From NCBI GenBank assembly GCA_000004985.1, contig GG738905.1: DNA of 64,000 nucleotides; one strand, given 5' to 3'. The stretch is from Naegleria gruberi. Lineage: Eukaryota. Below, one piece after another: positions 22,164 through 33,051 of this stretch. Positions within the stretch are counted from its first letter, which is position 1; each line of letters starts with the position of its first letter. The notes under the pieces are model-generated. The model was not told where the DNA came from, ran no database searches, and saw only the letters and a list, made by a program, of their open reading frames with translations. Made by a program: the position numbers and the translations under genes.

Positions 22164-22704
22164 GTTTTTATGTACAAGTAATTCTCTCAATATTAAATAA
22201 ATAATAGTATATTATTGAATAATAACAACAAGCTTTCCTTCTATTAAGTTGAGATATTTTTTAAAAAAGATCCTCCACAGTCTGAGAAATTAGATGAGAA
22301 ACGTAACGGATGCATTCAGTGTTGTAAAAGGTGGTCCACATTAATTTCATTGCCCACACGCACAACAAGCCACCATAGAGTTGTTTTGGCTTTGTTTCTT
22401 AGAGTATCAAATGGTGGGTTGTTCTGGTTCGGTCTTCGACTTGAGATTTAAGAAGTTTCAAGTCGTATTGTAAAACAAGAATGAAATCTTGATGTGGGTA
22501 TCTAATACTTGAGAGTTTGGTGAAAAGAACATTATTAGAACATTGGATTCGTCCATGCTTTCTTTAAGCAATTATTCTACTTTCGAATAAATTGCTTAAA
22601 GAAACAACACATGACAATTTTCGGATGTAATAACATTGGTTTGTTCACAACAAAGTACAACATTTGTTAAATCATCACAAGATAAAACACATAATAATTT
22701 AATT

Positions 22705-23624
22705 TTACAAGTTTTTGTTTTCCTTCACATTATCACCATAACTATTTAAATTTAAATATTAAAGAAATGTTAAATGTTAAACTTACCAATTCCTCAAGTC
22801 AGCACCTGTGGTATCAGCATCTTTCCAATTGCATCCACCCAAATCAGAAAATTGCAAATTGACATTCCTCATATTGCAACCATCCAAACGAGCACCTTTC
22901 AGACTCACAAATTGCAAGTCAGCTCCTTCAAGATTAGCACCACGTAAATCAGCGTTCTATTGTTTTGTTAGTATTATTATTATTATTATTATTAGTATTT
23001 TGTATTTCAGCAATGTGTATAGTTGGATATTTAATATATTGTTTTTTGAATGATATTGTTATTAATATTAAAATCAAAACAGTTATTATTGTAGTAACAA
23101 TAACAATGGAAAAGAGAATGGGGTTTTGATATTTTGTTATTGTTGTTGGTGAAGAAGGTACATCAATTATTGACGTGTATTTCAAAATAATAATTCAAAT
23201 ATATTGTCATCATCATTAAAAGAAAGAAACAAACCTTCAAATTAGCCTTCTTCAAGTCTGATCTGACGAATCTAGCACCACGTAAGTTAGTCCATTCGAA
23301 TGAAGCACTTTCAAGTTTACCTTCATCGAATTTAGTACCTTCCAAGTTACTACCAGTAAAATTGGCTCTCTTTAATTGCAAATGTCTCAAGTCCAATCCA
23401 GACAAGTTACAATGAGGTAATTGAAGACCAGATTGTACGTCGAATTCTTGTCTTGTTTGATTACCAGTAACAACTTGAATAGAAACTTTAGTTTGACTCA
23501 ATTGGTTTACCATTTGTAAAATCTCCTTTCTTGTAAAACGATCTGTTGGTTCGGTATGACCTCCAACCAATCCACCAACTTCTTCTTTATGTTCCGCAGA
23601 GAGCGTGCTTTGATGTTCACTCAT
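22705..23624 (-). CDS. Pentapeptide-repeat protein. Three exons.
   Basis: Exon 1 is 23624-23235, ending KKANLK with a GTTTGT donor. Intron 22957-23234 contains an (ATT)n microsatellite. Exon 2 is 22956-22787 (NADLRGANLEGADLQFVSLKGARLDGCNMRNVNLQFSDLGGCNWKD...). Its donor is GTAAGT (intron about 22742-22786). Exon 3 is 22741-22705 (CYGDNVKENKNL). It has tandem A(N/D)LxGAxL-type pentapeptide repeats. Confidence 0.65.
22973..22995. repeat. (ATT)n microsatellite inside intron 1 of the pentapeptide-repeat gene.
   Basis: gtattattattattattattattag, about seven ATT units. Confidence 0.7.
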
Positions 23625-23773
23625 TTTTATTGTTTAGTTTTTGTTGTTGTTAATTGAAAATGATGGGTTGAAATTTTTTAATTGGTGAGTGTGCGACGAT
23701 GGATAGGTTAACAGCTTGTCATTTTAAATTTTATCAATGCTTCCCTTTTTTGAATTGGATGAGTTGTTATGAA

Positions 23774-26364
23774 TCAGAGTTTATTTATCTTTTCCAACAC
23801 TCTTTCCCTAATACTTTGAATGATAAGGTTGTCCCCAAACACTTCATTTAACACTTCGTTCAAACTACTATCAACAAGTGGTTGATGATATTTAGAGAAT
23901 AAGTTCCTTTCTTTTCCACCATTACTTCTTTCGAATAGAATCTTGTTTTTAAAATCATCAAGAAATGATTTTCTATTGAGCAGTGATGTGTCTGTTGTTT
24001 CTTCCCGTTCCCTTGCTTGTTTTGTTTGCAAGTATTTAAACTCATTGAGTGGAGTTTCCAGTATTTGCTTTGACAATTTTTGGTTACTATTCATTTGTTT
24101 TGGTAAGTATAAATCAAATACGTTTAGACCAAGATCCAGTTTCAAATGAGTCGTATCACAGTTCGGTCTGTGGTCCAAGTTCCAAAATCTACTCTTAATA
24201 ATTCTCTGTAGTGTGTAAATAATTTCTGATATGTGGTTGATACTAATCCAACTTTCCAGAGTGTATTTGCTATTTGATATTCTTGTGAATGGAAAGCATG
24301 ACATTAAACTCTCAAAAATGTGGCTGGGCATAACTGGACCTCTGTAAGCAAAACTAGGTATTGCAAGGTTATTACAATCTGTCAACTCGGTATAAAAGTA
24401 AAGAGAAATAGTGTTTAAAATTGAAACAAGCTCATTAAACACTATAAAAATCAGGTTTGATTTCAAATTTCTCTTTTTTTTCTCTAAAAATTCTAATAAG
24501 TAGGATTCCAAAACATGTGAAAGACTTCCTTCTTCATTAAAATGAAGAGAGAGCATTTGGGGTTCAGATAATTTCTTTGCAGCTTTGGAATGAACAACTG
24601 TTGGGTGACTATTTGAATATTCACTGTTTCTTTCCACAACCCTCGGTCTAGTATCTTCCCTAAAGTTTCTCCTCACTTTGGAATTCTCTGTTTTTTGAAC
24701 TAAACCATTCTAAAACTGTTAGTAAAAAAAGTGGTACAACTTACAGAAAAATAGAGATCAAGAACTAATTGTAGAATTTTGTCATCTCTTAAATCAACTT
24801 GACGTTTCGATGTTTTCCTAGAAAGTGCTTCAGACATGATAGTCTCCATATTAAATGTCCTCAAAGTATTGTTTCTCTTTGCTATTTCTTCTAAGGAAAT
24901 ATACTTGGATTGGTTTTCCTTAACTGGATAAAATATACAGTCCTCTTTCAATATTCTTTCTTCCCGTTTCTTTTCTGGTCTTTTGGGAGATGTTATTTCT
25001 GATTCTCTAACTTTGAAATCTTCCTTTGATTTGAGGGAGAGGAAAACCTTTTCAAGATTTTCTTTTGTTGTTGGCTGTGAAGATACTGGAACCGATTTTG
25101 TACTCGAAGATGATTTATCAGATCTATTATCCTCAACTACTGTACTTTCAATATTAATATTTTTTGCTAGTGGCTTAACCTTAGGAGATATTTTGATGGA
25201 TTGAATAGGATTGTAATTTTCAAGATCATCCTCTTCATTTTCAGATTTAGGAGAGTATGTTGAAGGAAGAGTAAATTTAAGAGTTGAAGTTTGTCTTTGA
25301 AGTATTGAGTTTTGATTAGATTGAAGAGTCGATTGTTTTGATGAAAGGTTTGGTTGGAGAGTTTGTTTTTGAGATGATATTGTGGATTGTTGTTCTTGTT
25401 GAATCGGTTGAACATTTTGAATTGAGGATTGAGATCTAGATGGCTGATGTGAAATTGGCAGAGCTAATTTCTGAAGAGTAGATGCTGTTGCAAGAGATGA
25501 TGTCGTTTCTTTCTGTGACTCTTGTTGAGGCTTGTAATTAATCTTAGGGGGGAGTGTCTTGGCAAAATTTTGATCCTGAATTGATTTTTGGTCAAAATTT
25601 CGATATGAATCACTTCTAATAGATTGACTGTATGGCTGATTCAAATAATTGTTTTGTGGCAGTTCTTGGGGAGTTTCTTTGTTATTGTTGATAGAGTTGA
25701 CCTGAGATTGCTCAATTTCTTCACTGTCATTTATCTCTTCCTGAGCTGCTTCATCATCGCTATAATCGTCGTAGTCATCCAGAGTTCTGTATTGTTTTTC
25801 AAAATTTACATTTTCCAGCTGGTCAGATTCATTGGATTCAAAACTTTCAGTTACTTGTTTCTCCTCTACAGTTGAAGGAACTGATGGTATTGCAATTTGT
25901 TCTTCTTTTGGAGGTGATTCAGTTTTTTTCACAATTCTGAATGAATTTGTTTGTTCATCTTCCTCAACATCGTCATCTGAAAGCTCAAAATTGTCATCAA
26001 AATCATCATCATCAGAATCCTCCAAATCATCAATTGTTCTGATTGGATTTGGTGATGGTGATTCTTGAGCTTGTTTTTCCTCCTGGTGTGATTCCTCAAA
26101 ATGTTCATTATCAAAATCATCAAAGCTCTCATTATGATCCACTTGTCCAAACATCATTGGATCCATTTCTTCCGATTCATGAGGATTATACTCTTGTTGA
26201 GGAACATAATCATTCTTCTTTGATGGAATAAGATCTTCATCCTCATCGTGATTTCTTGCTGATAATGTTTCACTGACTGTATCAAGTTGATTACTCTGTC
26301 CTCCCCAAGATGAACCATCAAAATCATCATCATCGAAATCATCCAAATCCACAAGGTTGTCCAT
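23774..26364 (-). CDS. Large acidic/Ser/Gln-rich hypothetical protein. Two exons.
   Basis: ORF 26364-24745 begins with an extremely acidic N-terminus (DDFDDDDFDG, DSDDDDFDDNFELSDDDVEEDE). It joins ORF 24709-23774 through a 35-nt intron at 24710-24744. That intron has a GTAAGT donor, a TACTAAC branch-site-like heptamer and a TTTTAG acceptor. The reading frame is restored exactly across it. The C-terminal ~300 aa form an uncharacterised globular region. Confidence 0.55.
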
Positions 26365-26399
26365 AATTTTTTGAAAAGCCTTTTTTTTGTAGTAATTTT

Positions 26400-26405
26400 G
26401 GCGGC
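26400..26405. promoter_or_regulatory. TTGGCGGCAAA variant about 36 nt upstream of the minus-strand 26364 start, between divergent genes.
   Basis: One-mismatch variant of the motif. Confidence 0.25.
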
Positions 26406-26486
26406 AAATTTTTCATCAATACAATTTCAGCTATTTAACAACAATTAAAATTATTAAAATTCCAATACATTTAATATCATTGATAA

Positions 26487-27558
26487 GTGAAAGCAATATT
26501 GAAAAATTGTAAAATCAAACATTCCGATAATATATTTAAAAAATTTAATCACGGAATGTTAAAACAATCGGAAATTCATCAATTAAAAAAAATGAACGTT
26601 GATAAATTGAAGGAATTATGTGATGATGGTAAATTCTATGAAGCACAACAAATGTTTGTTGTTCTCTTCAACAAGACATTTAAACAAGAAAAGTATGATA
26701 AATGTGCTCAAATTTTATTATCGGGTTTAAATAAGATGCATCAATTTAAACAAGTAGCCTTGTTGATCGATCTTGCTAAATACATGCTTTCTCTTTTTAC
26801 TAAATTAAATGCTTCAACCACACATACATTCACAATCAAGGAAGATAAAATTACAGCAATAGGTTTGTATAATGAAAATGTATAGAAATATTATAACATT
26901 TTGATTTTACTCAGATCTTATTAGACATATTGTTGAATCGTATCATCAACTTGAAGATATAACACCAAAAGAAGATATTCAAAGAATGATTTCATTTTTG
27001 GATAAAGTAGTGACGTGGAGTGCTGAACATCAAGTTCCTAAAATTTCAGACAGTCACGGAGAACCTTTTATACATATGGAACTTGGAAAGCTTCACTTTA
27101 AATTAGGAGCTAATGAAGAAAGTAATAAGAATTTTTTGAAATCAAACTCACCAGACGAATTTGCTGAAATGATTTCTGAATGGATTAAAAAGGGAGAAGA
27201 TGGAGAACATGATTTATTCATTACTCGTGCTGTTTTGCAATTATTGCAATTAAAGAAATTGGAAATGGCTAAAAGAGTTTTTGAATTATTACAACAAAAA
27301 ACTGAAAAATTATCATCAACTCCACTTCTTCACTTTGTTAAATTTTTGATAATTTCTATTGAAAAAGGCAATTTGGAATTGTATCATCATATCAATCAAT
27401 CTTATGCAACTGAGCTCACTAGAAGGGATGCCAGCTTTAAAGATGTTTATCTTGACAAGATTGGAAGTATTTACTTTGGTTTACAAAAATCCAAACCACA
27501 AAATCAAGGACTTGGATCAATGATTAACTCATTGTTCTCTTCAATGATGTCAAAATAA
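26487..27558 (+). CDS. GET4: Golgi-to-ER traffic protein 4 (GET4/TRC35). Two exons.
   Basis: Exon 1 is 26487-26862, with donor G|GTTTGT. The intron is 26863-26914, with acceptor ttttactcAG. Exon 2 is 26915-27558. Matches to human GET4: DGKFYEAQQMFVVLF with GDYYEAHQMYRTLFF, LFITRAVLQLLQLKK with MFVAQAVLQFLCLKN, DVYLDKIGSIYFGL with NEYLDRIGQLFFGV, and GLGSMINSLFSSMM with GLLGNLLTSLMG. Confidence 0.8.
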
Positions 27559-27699
27559 ATAATCTCATTCCAAGCTTGATATAAAAACAATAAATATATT
27601 ATTGCTTTTAAATATTTCCCTTGATATAAACTTAACCTTAGTGAACTATTTTAAAACTACAGAAAACATCACCATCCTTCAAAAAGGTACTTTGAAAAA

Positions 27700-28342
27700 A
27701 TGCAAAGAATGGTTGTACAAAGTGAAGGTGAGAAACACCTTCAAGCCTATTTGGAATATAGAATGATTGTTGGTGATCGGGATGGAGGAGTTTTATTACC
27801 TGAGGCTGAATATGAAAAATTGAGGAAAGAATTTTATGCAAAACGAGAAGAGCACAACTTGCATTTTGTTGATACAAGCAAGATGATTTCAGGTGGAAAA
27901 AACAAACGTCTGCAATCTGGATCGGAAGAGATGAAATATGAACAGAGAAAGCAAAAAGGATCAAAAACAAAAGTGTATTCATCCATATCTCCCTTAGAAT
28001 TGTATAACAAGTAAGTGTCACAAATAATGATTGTATTATTTAATATGATTATTTATTAGAGAGCCTGATTTTTCATTATCTCAATTTAGGACAATTCCTG
28101 AGGAGCCTGTAAAATCAAGAGTTTACTCTTCCAGAATGCTACCATTGAAAAAACCTTCCTCTAACACCATTTCATCAACAACTTCCACAACTAACAGTAG
28201 ACCATCATTATCAAAACCATCATCATCATCCACAACGAATAGAAAACCATCATCTACACCAATAGATAGGAAGCCACTTCCATCAGTATCTCGATTTACT
28301 GAAGTAAAAAAAGAAGTGAGAACTACCTCAATTAGAAAATAA
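27700..28342 (+). CDS. Hypothetical protein with a Ser/Thr/Pro-rich C-terminal tail. Two exons.
   Basis: Exon 1 is 27700-28010, with a GTAAGT donor. Intron 28011-28059 ends in tatttattAG. Exon 2 is 28060-28342, in frame. The overlapping minus-strand ORF 27638-28021 has no such support. Confidence 0.5.
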
Positions 28343-28390
28343 GATGTTATTCGTGACTTGTACAAAGTAAACTTTCAGTTATTATTTATT

Positions 28391-30448
28391 TTACATGGAG
28401 AAATCCAAGAGATCTTGGTTGGCTGGTTGAGTTTTGGTGGGATTGGATTCATTGTCATCGATTTGATTGATTGAAGAATCAGAAGTGTTAAATAGATCTT
28501 GACTATCAACTTGAATAATCTCTTCAGTTAATAGTTTGTAATTTTGGATAATGAATGCAGCGGCTTTGAATTTTGGAGTAATACCTTCTTTATCACCACA
28601 ATCATCTTTTACACTTCTTTGACTTGGAATTTTAGTGGAAAGTAATAAATGAGAGAAAATCATTGACAAGTCCTTAATATTTTGTTCTGTAGTGGTATAA
28701 GCATCACTAACCATACACAAAAATTCACAAACTCTATACAATATGTGAACATTATCTTTTGGAAGTGTTTTGATAAATTCTTTGAGGGCAACTATTTTTT
28801 CTTCAAATGTTAAATTGGTTGCATTACAGAGGTCAATCATCTTTCTGTAATATTGAGATGTTAAAATTGGTTCTGGAAGTGATTCCAAAAAGTAGCATAT
28901 TAAAGATGCTACTGAATAAGGTGATGTATCGTGGTCTGACAATAAATCTTGCTCATCATGAATATGTCCATGATCAAAATTGAGCATTAATCTAAGCATT
29001 AATGTATCTTGCATGTCGTAATTTGTGGAAAATAATTTTGGAAACTCTAAAGCAGCACTCTTTTTAAGATAACTCACACAAATATCGATCATATGTCTAC
29101 TTCTTTCATCAATTTCAACTCCAAACATTGGATTTGAAGTGGTACCATTCAAGTAAATCATTGATGAATAAGCATAAGACGATCCAGATCTTCCTCCAAG
29201 AACTATTAATCTATTGTTGAAAATTAATGTTTGAGCATTAACTATTGTACATTCAGGTGATCCAATACCTGCAGTAGAAAGGTTATAATTTCTAATATTA
29301 TATATAAGTACATCATCCAAAATTGGTTCTCTCATAGTTAGCAGAGATCTAGGTCTATCCAATAATTCACCTCCAACTATGAAAATAAAATCATCAAAAA
29401 TATCTGCCGAGCCCCATCTAGCTGGAATAAGATCCATCATGTCAGATCTTCTAGGAATTAGTCCTGATATTTGCCAATTACCACTGGCAATATCATATTC
29501 CAAAATTTCCTTAAATGGAACATCTTCACCTCGTTCACTTGTTCCACATCCACCAACTACATAGAATTTTTCTCTCTTTTCACATAAAACCATCATGTGA
29601 CCATATCTACCTGGTCTTGCAGGTGATTTGAGTTGTTTCCATACATTTAATTTGGTATCAAACATCCAAAAATCATTGAGAGGTTCAGGAATTGCTCTTT
29701 TCAAATTTTGGAGTGATAAATAATATCCTAATCCTTTTGGTTGTTGATTAATTGAATAATTAAAACCTTCACCTCCATAAACATATAAGTTTCCTTTGAA
29801 AGAACAAGCAGAATGATATCTTCTTGGTTTTGGTATTGGTAAATCGAGAGGTGTTCTGATTCTTTGAATTGTATTTTGAGATAAATCAATATCATAAATA
29901 TATGGATCATATTGAGTATTAACATCTGATGTACTTTTTCCAGACAATCCTTTGAAGAAATTATTTAAATTAGTACCGACACTTGATGGATTATAACCAA
30001 TTTGTCCGCCATACAATAGTAATCTATTTTCATAAATTTGATTCACTGTGTGATGGGCTCTTGGTCTTTGTTCAAATTCCGCAATAATATTAGGATCTTC
30101 TTCCTTTGCCAATTGTAATTTTACAAATTTCCAGTCCAATTTTTCAACATAATATAAATGCAATGGATTTTGAAATTGATTAAATCTAGTCTTTCCTCCA
30201 TGAACATAAAATCTATTCGGATCCTTATGTCCTTTAATATGAACGGCAGCAAATCCCTCCGATGGAAATGGAGCAAATTCATCTCTAATCATGTACATAT
30301 CATCGTTGTGCAATATTTGCCATATATTTACAGGTTTACTTGGTGATTCTGCTCCGGGCACTCCATCTGTTGTATTCAAAAAGTAGGCTATTGATTTTTC
30401 AAAGGCTGTATTAATTCCATTAGAGAGTTGATCGATGGGATTCTGCAT
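28391..30448 (-). CDS. Kelch/galactose-oxidase-type beta-propeller fused to a C-terminal RhoGAP-like domain.
   Basis: 685-aa intronless ORF. The N-terminal two-thirds has repeated propeller blades with GG motifs (RFYVHGGK, LLLYGGQIG, NLYVYGGEG, KFYVVGGCG, IFIVGGELL, LIVLGGRSG). The C-terminus has RhoGAP-like helices (PYSVASLICYFLESLPEPILT, VHILYRVCEFLCMV, NIKDLSMIFSHLLL). No obvious GxFRxSG arginine-finger motif sits at the expected position (the sequence there is EFPKLFSTNYD). Confidence 0.6.
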   Translation of the reverse strand: MQNPIDQLSNGINTAFEKSIAYFLNTTDGVPGAESPSKPVNIWQILHNDDMYMIRDEFAPFPSEGFAAVHIKGHKDPNRFYVHGGKTRFNQFQNPLHLYYVEKLDWKFVKLQLAKEEDPNIIAEFEQRPRAHHTVNQIYENRLLLYGGQIGYNPSSVGTNLNNFFKGLSGKSTSDVNTQYDPYIYDIDLSQNTIQRIRTPLDLPIPKPRRYHSACSFKGNLYVYGGEGFNYSINQQPKGLGYYLSLQNLKRAIPEPLNDFWMFDTKLNVWKQLKSPARPGRYGHMMVLCEKREKFYVVGGCGTSERGEDVPFKEILEYDIASGNWQISGLIPRRSDMMDLIPARWGSADIFDDFIFIVGGELLDRPRSLLTMREPILDDVLIYNIRNYNLSTAGIGSPECTIVNAQTLIFNNRLIVLGGRSGSSYAYSSMIYLNGTTSNPMFGVEIDERSRHMIDICVSYLKKSAALEFPKLFSTNYDMQDTLMLRLMLNFDHGHIHDEQDLLSDHDTSPYSVASLICYFLESLPEPILTSQYYRKMIDLCNATNLTFEEKIVALKEFIKTLPKDNVHILYRVCEFLCMVSDAYTTTEQNIKDLSMIFSHLLLSTKIPSQRSVKDDCGDKEGITPKFKAAAFIIQNYKLLTEEIIQVDSQDLFNTSDSSINQIDDNESNPTKTQPANQDLLDFSM

Positions 30449-30564
30449 TTTTTTTAAAAATCTAAAAATATGGAAACTTCTTGTTGAAAATTCTCATTTT
30501 CACAATCAAATGATATGATTGATTCATCAACTTGTCACAATTGATTCATTGCAGACATGATAAG

Positions 30565-31707
30565 TTATTTATTTTGATTATTGTTGGTATTGTACCATCT
30601 GAAAACATATTTGATATATTCATAAGTTGTCCATGTGACAGCTGCTGAAGGTGTGAAATAAACAACTCTAGGTATAGATCCTCTAAAGAGATTTTTAAGT
30701 AATCCTCCTTCTTCTTTCCTCAATAACGAAATTGCTTCCTTAACAGTATCTGCTTGACCTACTTGTAAAAGAGTTTTCACAACATCAAATGGATTGGAAA
30801 CGAGTCCACCAACTGCACCTGCTGCACCACCTGCCATGAAATGCTTTACATGTTTCCATTCATCGTGGTCATGATCATGGTCATCGTGGTGATGGTCGTG
30901 GTCGTGGTGGTCGTGGTCATGATGGTCAAATAATTTCTTTTTCATATATTCATAAGTCACAAAGTGGAAACTAGTATATGGAATATTCATCAAAATTGTA
31001 GTTGGTAAACTGACAAAGAATGCTCTAAGACCTCTTGTGGCATAAATTTCACGTGTTGCACTCATTAAATTATAATTTTGAACATGACCTTTCAATTGCT
31101 TTAAATATTTCAGTAAAAAAACTATTTGAAAAATAGACAACATACCATATGTTGCTTAATAACATCTGTTGGAGTTGCAATACCATCATGTGCAATAGTT
31201 GCTGCAATACCAGCAAGTGCACTAACACTCCAATCATTAACATATTGAGTTTGACGTCCTTGTAAAATATTTTTAACAGCTTCATAAGTTGTGAAATAAA
31301 ATGCATGAGATGGTAAAGCTCCATATAACACAACAGTCAATCCACTATAAAAATTACGAATTCCTCCAATAGATTTAATACTTTTAAATATTCCTTGATT
31401 ACTCGATTGAACATAAGTCTTGATAGTATCAATTGGATACATTACTAAATTTCCACACAATTATGTCAAATTAATTAAAGAATCAAAATTTACCTGCGTG
31501 TTCAACTAAGCCGGCCATAGCACCAGCAGTCATATATTGCATTGGATTACCTTTTAATTCATCATTATCTTCCATTTCTTCAACGTGTGTCAAATAAACT
31601 GGTTGTTTTACACCTTGATTTAAACGACTTGTTGAATTAATTTCCTCCTCTTCCACTGTGGAACGATCCTTCCTCCTTGATAATTTATCTTGATTATAAT
31701 TATTCAT
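30565..31707 (-). CDS. Mitochondrial carrier, mitoferrin-like (iron importer family), with a His/Asp-rich loop. Three exons.
   Basis: Exon 1 is 31707-31494 with a GTAAAT donor. Intron 31445-31493. Exon 2 is 31444-31146 with a GTATGT donor. Intron 31099-31145. Exon 3 is 31098-30565. The spliced protein reads ...[30 protein letters not shown]..., matching the mitoferrin N-terminal carrier repeat. Further carrier signatures follow. Exon 3 carries an HHDHDHHDHDHHHDDHDHDHDE insertion. Confidence 0.7.
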
Positions 31708-32330
31708 TTTCCGAATTATCTAGATAATATATTATTATTATTGTTGTGATAAAAGAAGATTTGAAAAAAGCCTAGATTCTCTAAAGAAATGATGACACAA
31801 AGCCTTCTGTTGTGTGATGATATTTTTTTCTCAAAATGCACTCCACTACAAAGCCTCGAGCGAAGAATGAAGAAGAATATCGGTCAAATGGGTTTTGAAA
31901 CTCTTACTGAATGAAGGAAGTTTATGTTTGAGGGATTTAAATGGACATTTTGCAATGTGCATTAATATTCGATATATGGTGAAAAAATTGGATATTGGAT
32001 TGATGAATGGATTTACGTGGATTCTCAATGGAGTAAGCCATGGTGTTAAATAAAATACTATTTTTAATTGATTGTTAATTTCGAAAATATTATTCCAAAT
32101 GTTAATAAACTTTTATTACACTACTTTAATAATATAAACTAATATTGTAATTTAACATCAACAAGGCTTGATTTAATTATTTAAAAAAAAATATTAAAAA
32201 TCCGATTCCAAGATGATCAATACAACAACATCATCAACAATAATAAATAAATCCAATAATAATAATACTCATCATCAACAAAGTAAATAATTTCGGAGCC
32301 TCTTCTCTCATTAATGAACAATCACTTTCA

Positions 32331-32984
32331 ATGCCAAACAATTCCCAAAAACAAAATTCAATGGAACAATATGATCCCGAATTGAAAAAGAAATTGAAAA
32401 TATTAAAAAAGGAATATTTAAAACAAAAAGCAGAGTTGGAAAGATTGGCACAAATTGCACTTTGTCAACAAGAAGAATTAAAACAAAAAGATTATCAAAT
32501 TAAGAAATATAAACAACAATGTGAAGAACAATCAATTAAACTTTCAGAATACGAATCACAATTACAAATAGAACGAGAATTATGTGAAGGAGCTATTAGA
32601 ATGAAAAAATCACAACAAGGGACGGCGACAAATGTTGCTGTTAATAATAATCAAGAAAAGGAAAAATCAAATCAACCACTTTCAGATAATGATCTTTCTC
32701 TATTATTATTAGATGAAGGATTAACAACGAAGGATATTATGGAAAAGACATATAAATATTTACAGGATGATACCTATACTTTCATGTTAAATACAGATGA
32801 ATATCAGGAAGAAGAAACAATTTCATCACTGAAACAGGAAATTGCTGCATTGAGAGAGGAAAATTTCACACTCAGAGAAGAAAAACACAAACTCAATATT
32901 GAAAAGGTACATTTATATGAACTAGTACATGATCTCAATCAGAATTATCTTCGTTCCCAACAACCAAACAATAACACAAATTAA
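32331..32984 (+). CDS. Coiled-coil hypothetical protein (217 aa).
   Basis: Single ORF, K/E/Q-rich heptad-like sequence. No domain assignable. Confidence 0.45.
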   Translation: MPNNSQKQNSMEQYDPELKKKLKILKKEYLKQKAELERLAQIALCQQEELKQKDYQIKKYKQQCEEQSIKLSEYESQLQIERELCEGAIRMKKSQQGTATNVAVNNNQEKEKSNQPLSDNDLSLLLLDEGLTTKDIMEKTYKYLQDDTYTFMLNTDEYQEEETISSLKQEIAALREENFTLREEKHKLNIEKVHLYELVHDLNQNYLRSQQPNNNTN

Positions 32985-33051
32985 CTTTTTTGTAATCCAT
33001 TATCAATATGAAACACGTGTTCAAGTTAAAAAAAGAATACTTTGAAAAAAA

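Noticed and set aside
22808-23053. Plus-strand ORF (81 aa) with Pro/Ser/Arg-rich sequence
   Set aside because: It lies antisense to exon 2 of the pentapeptide-repeat gene and runs into intron and microsatellite sequence. It is a mirror-image artefact.
27638-28021. Minus-strand ORF (127 aa) overlapping the 27700 gene
   Set aside because: The plus strand has a clean GTAAGT/TTATTAG intron that restores the frame into a 68-aa downstream ORF. The minus ORF has no such support and no homology.
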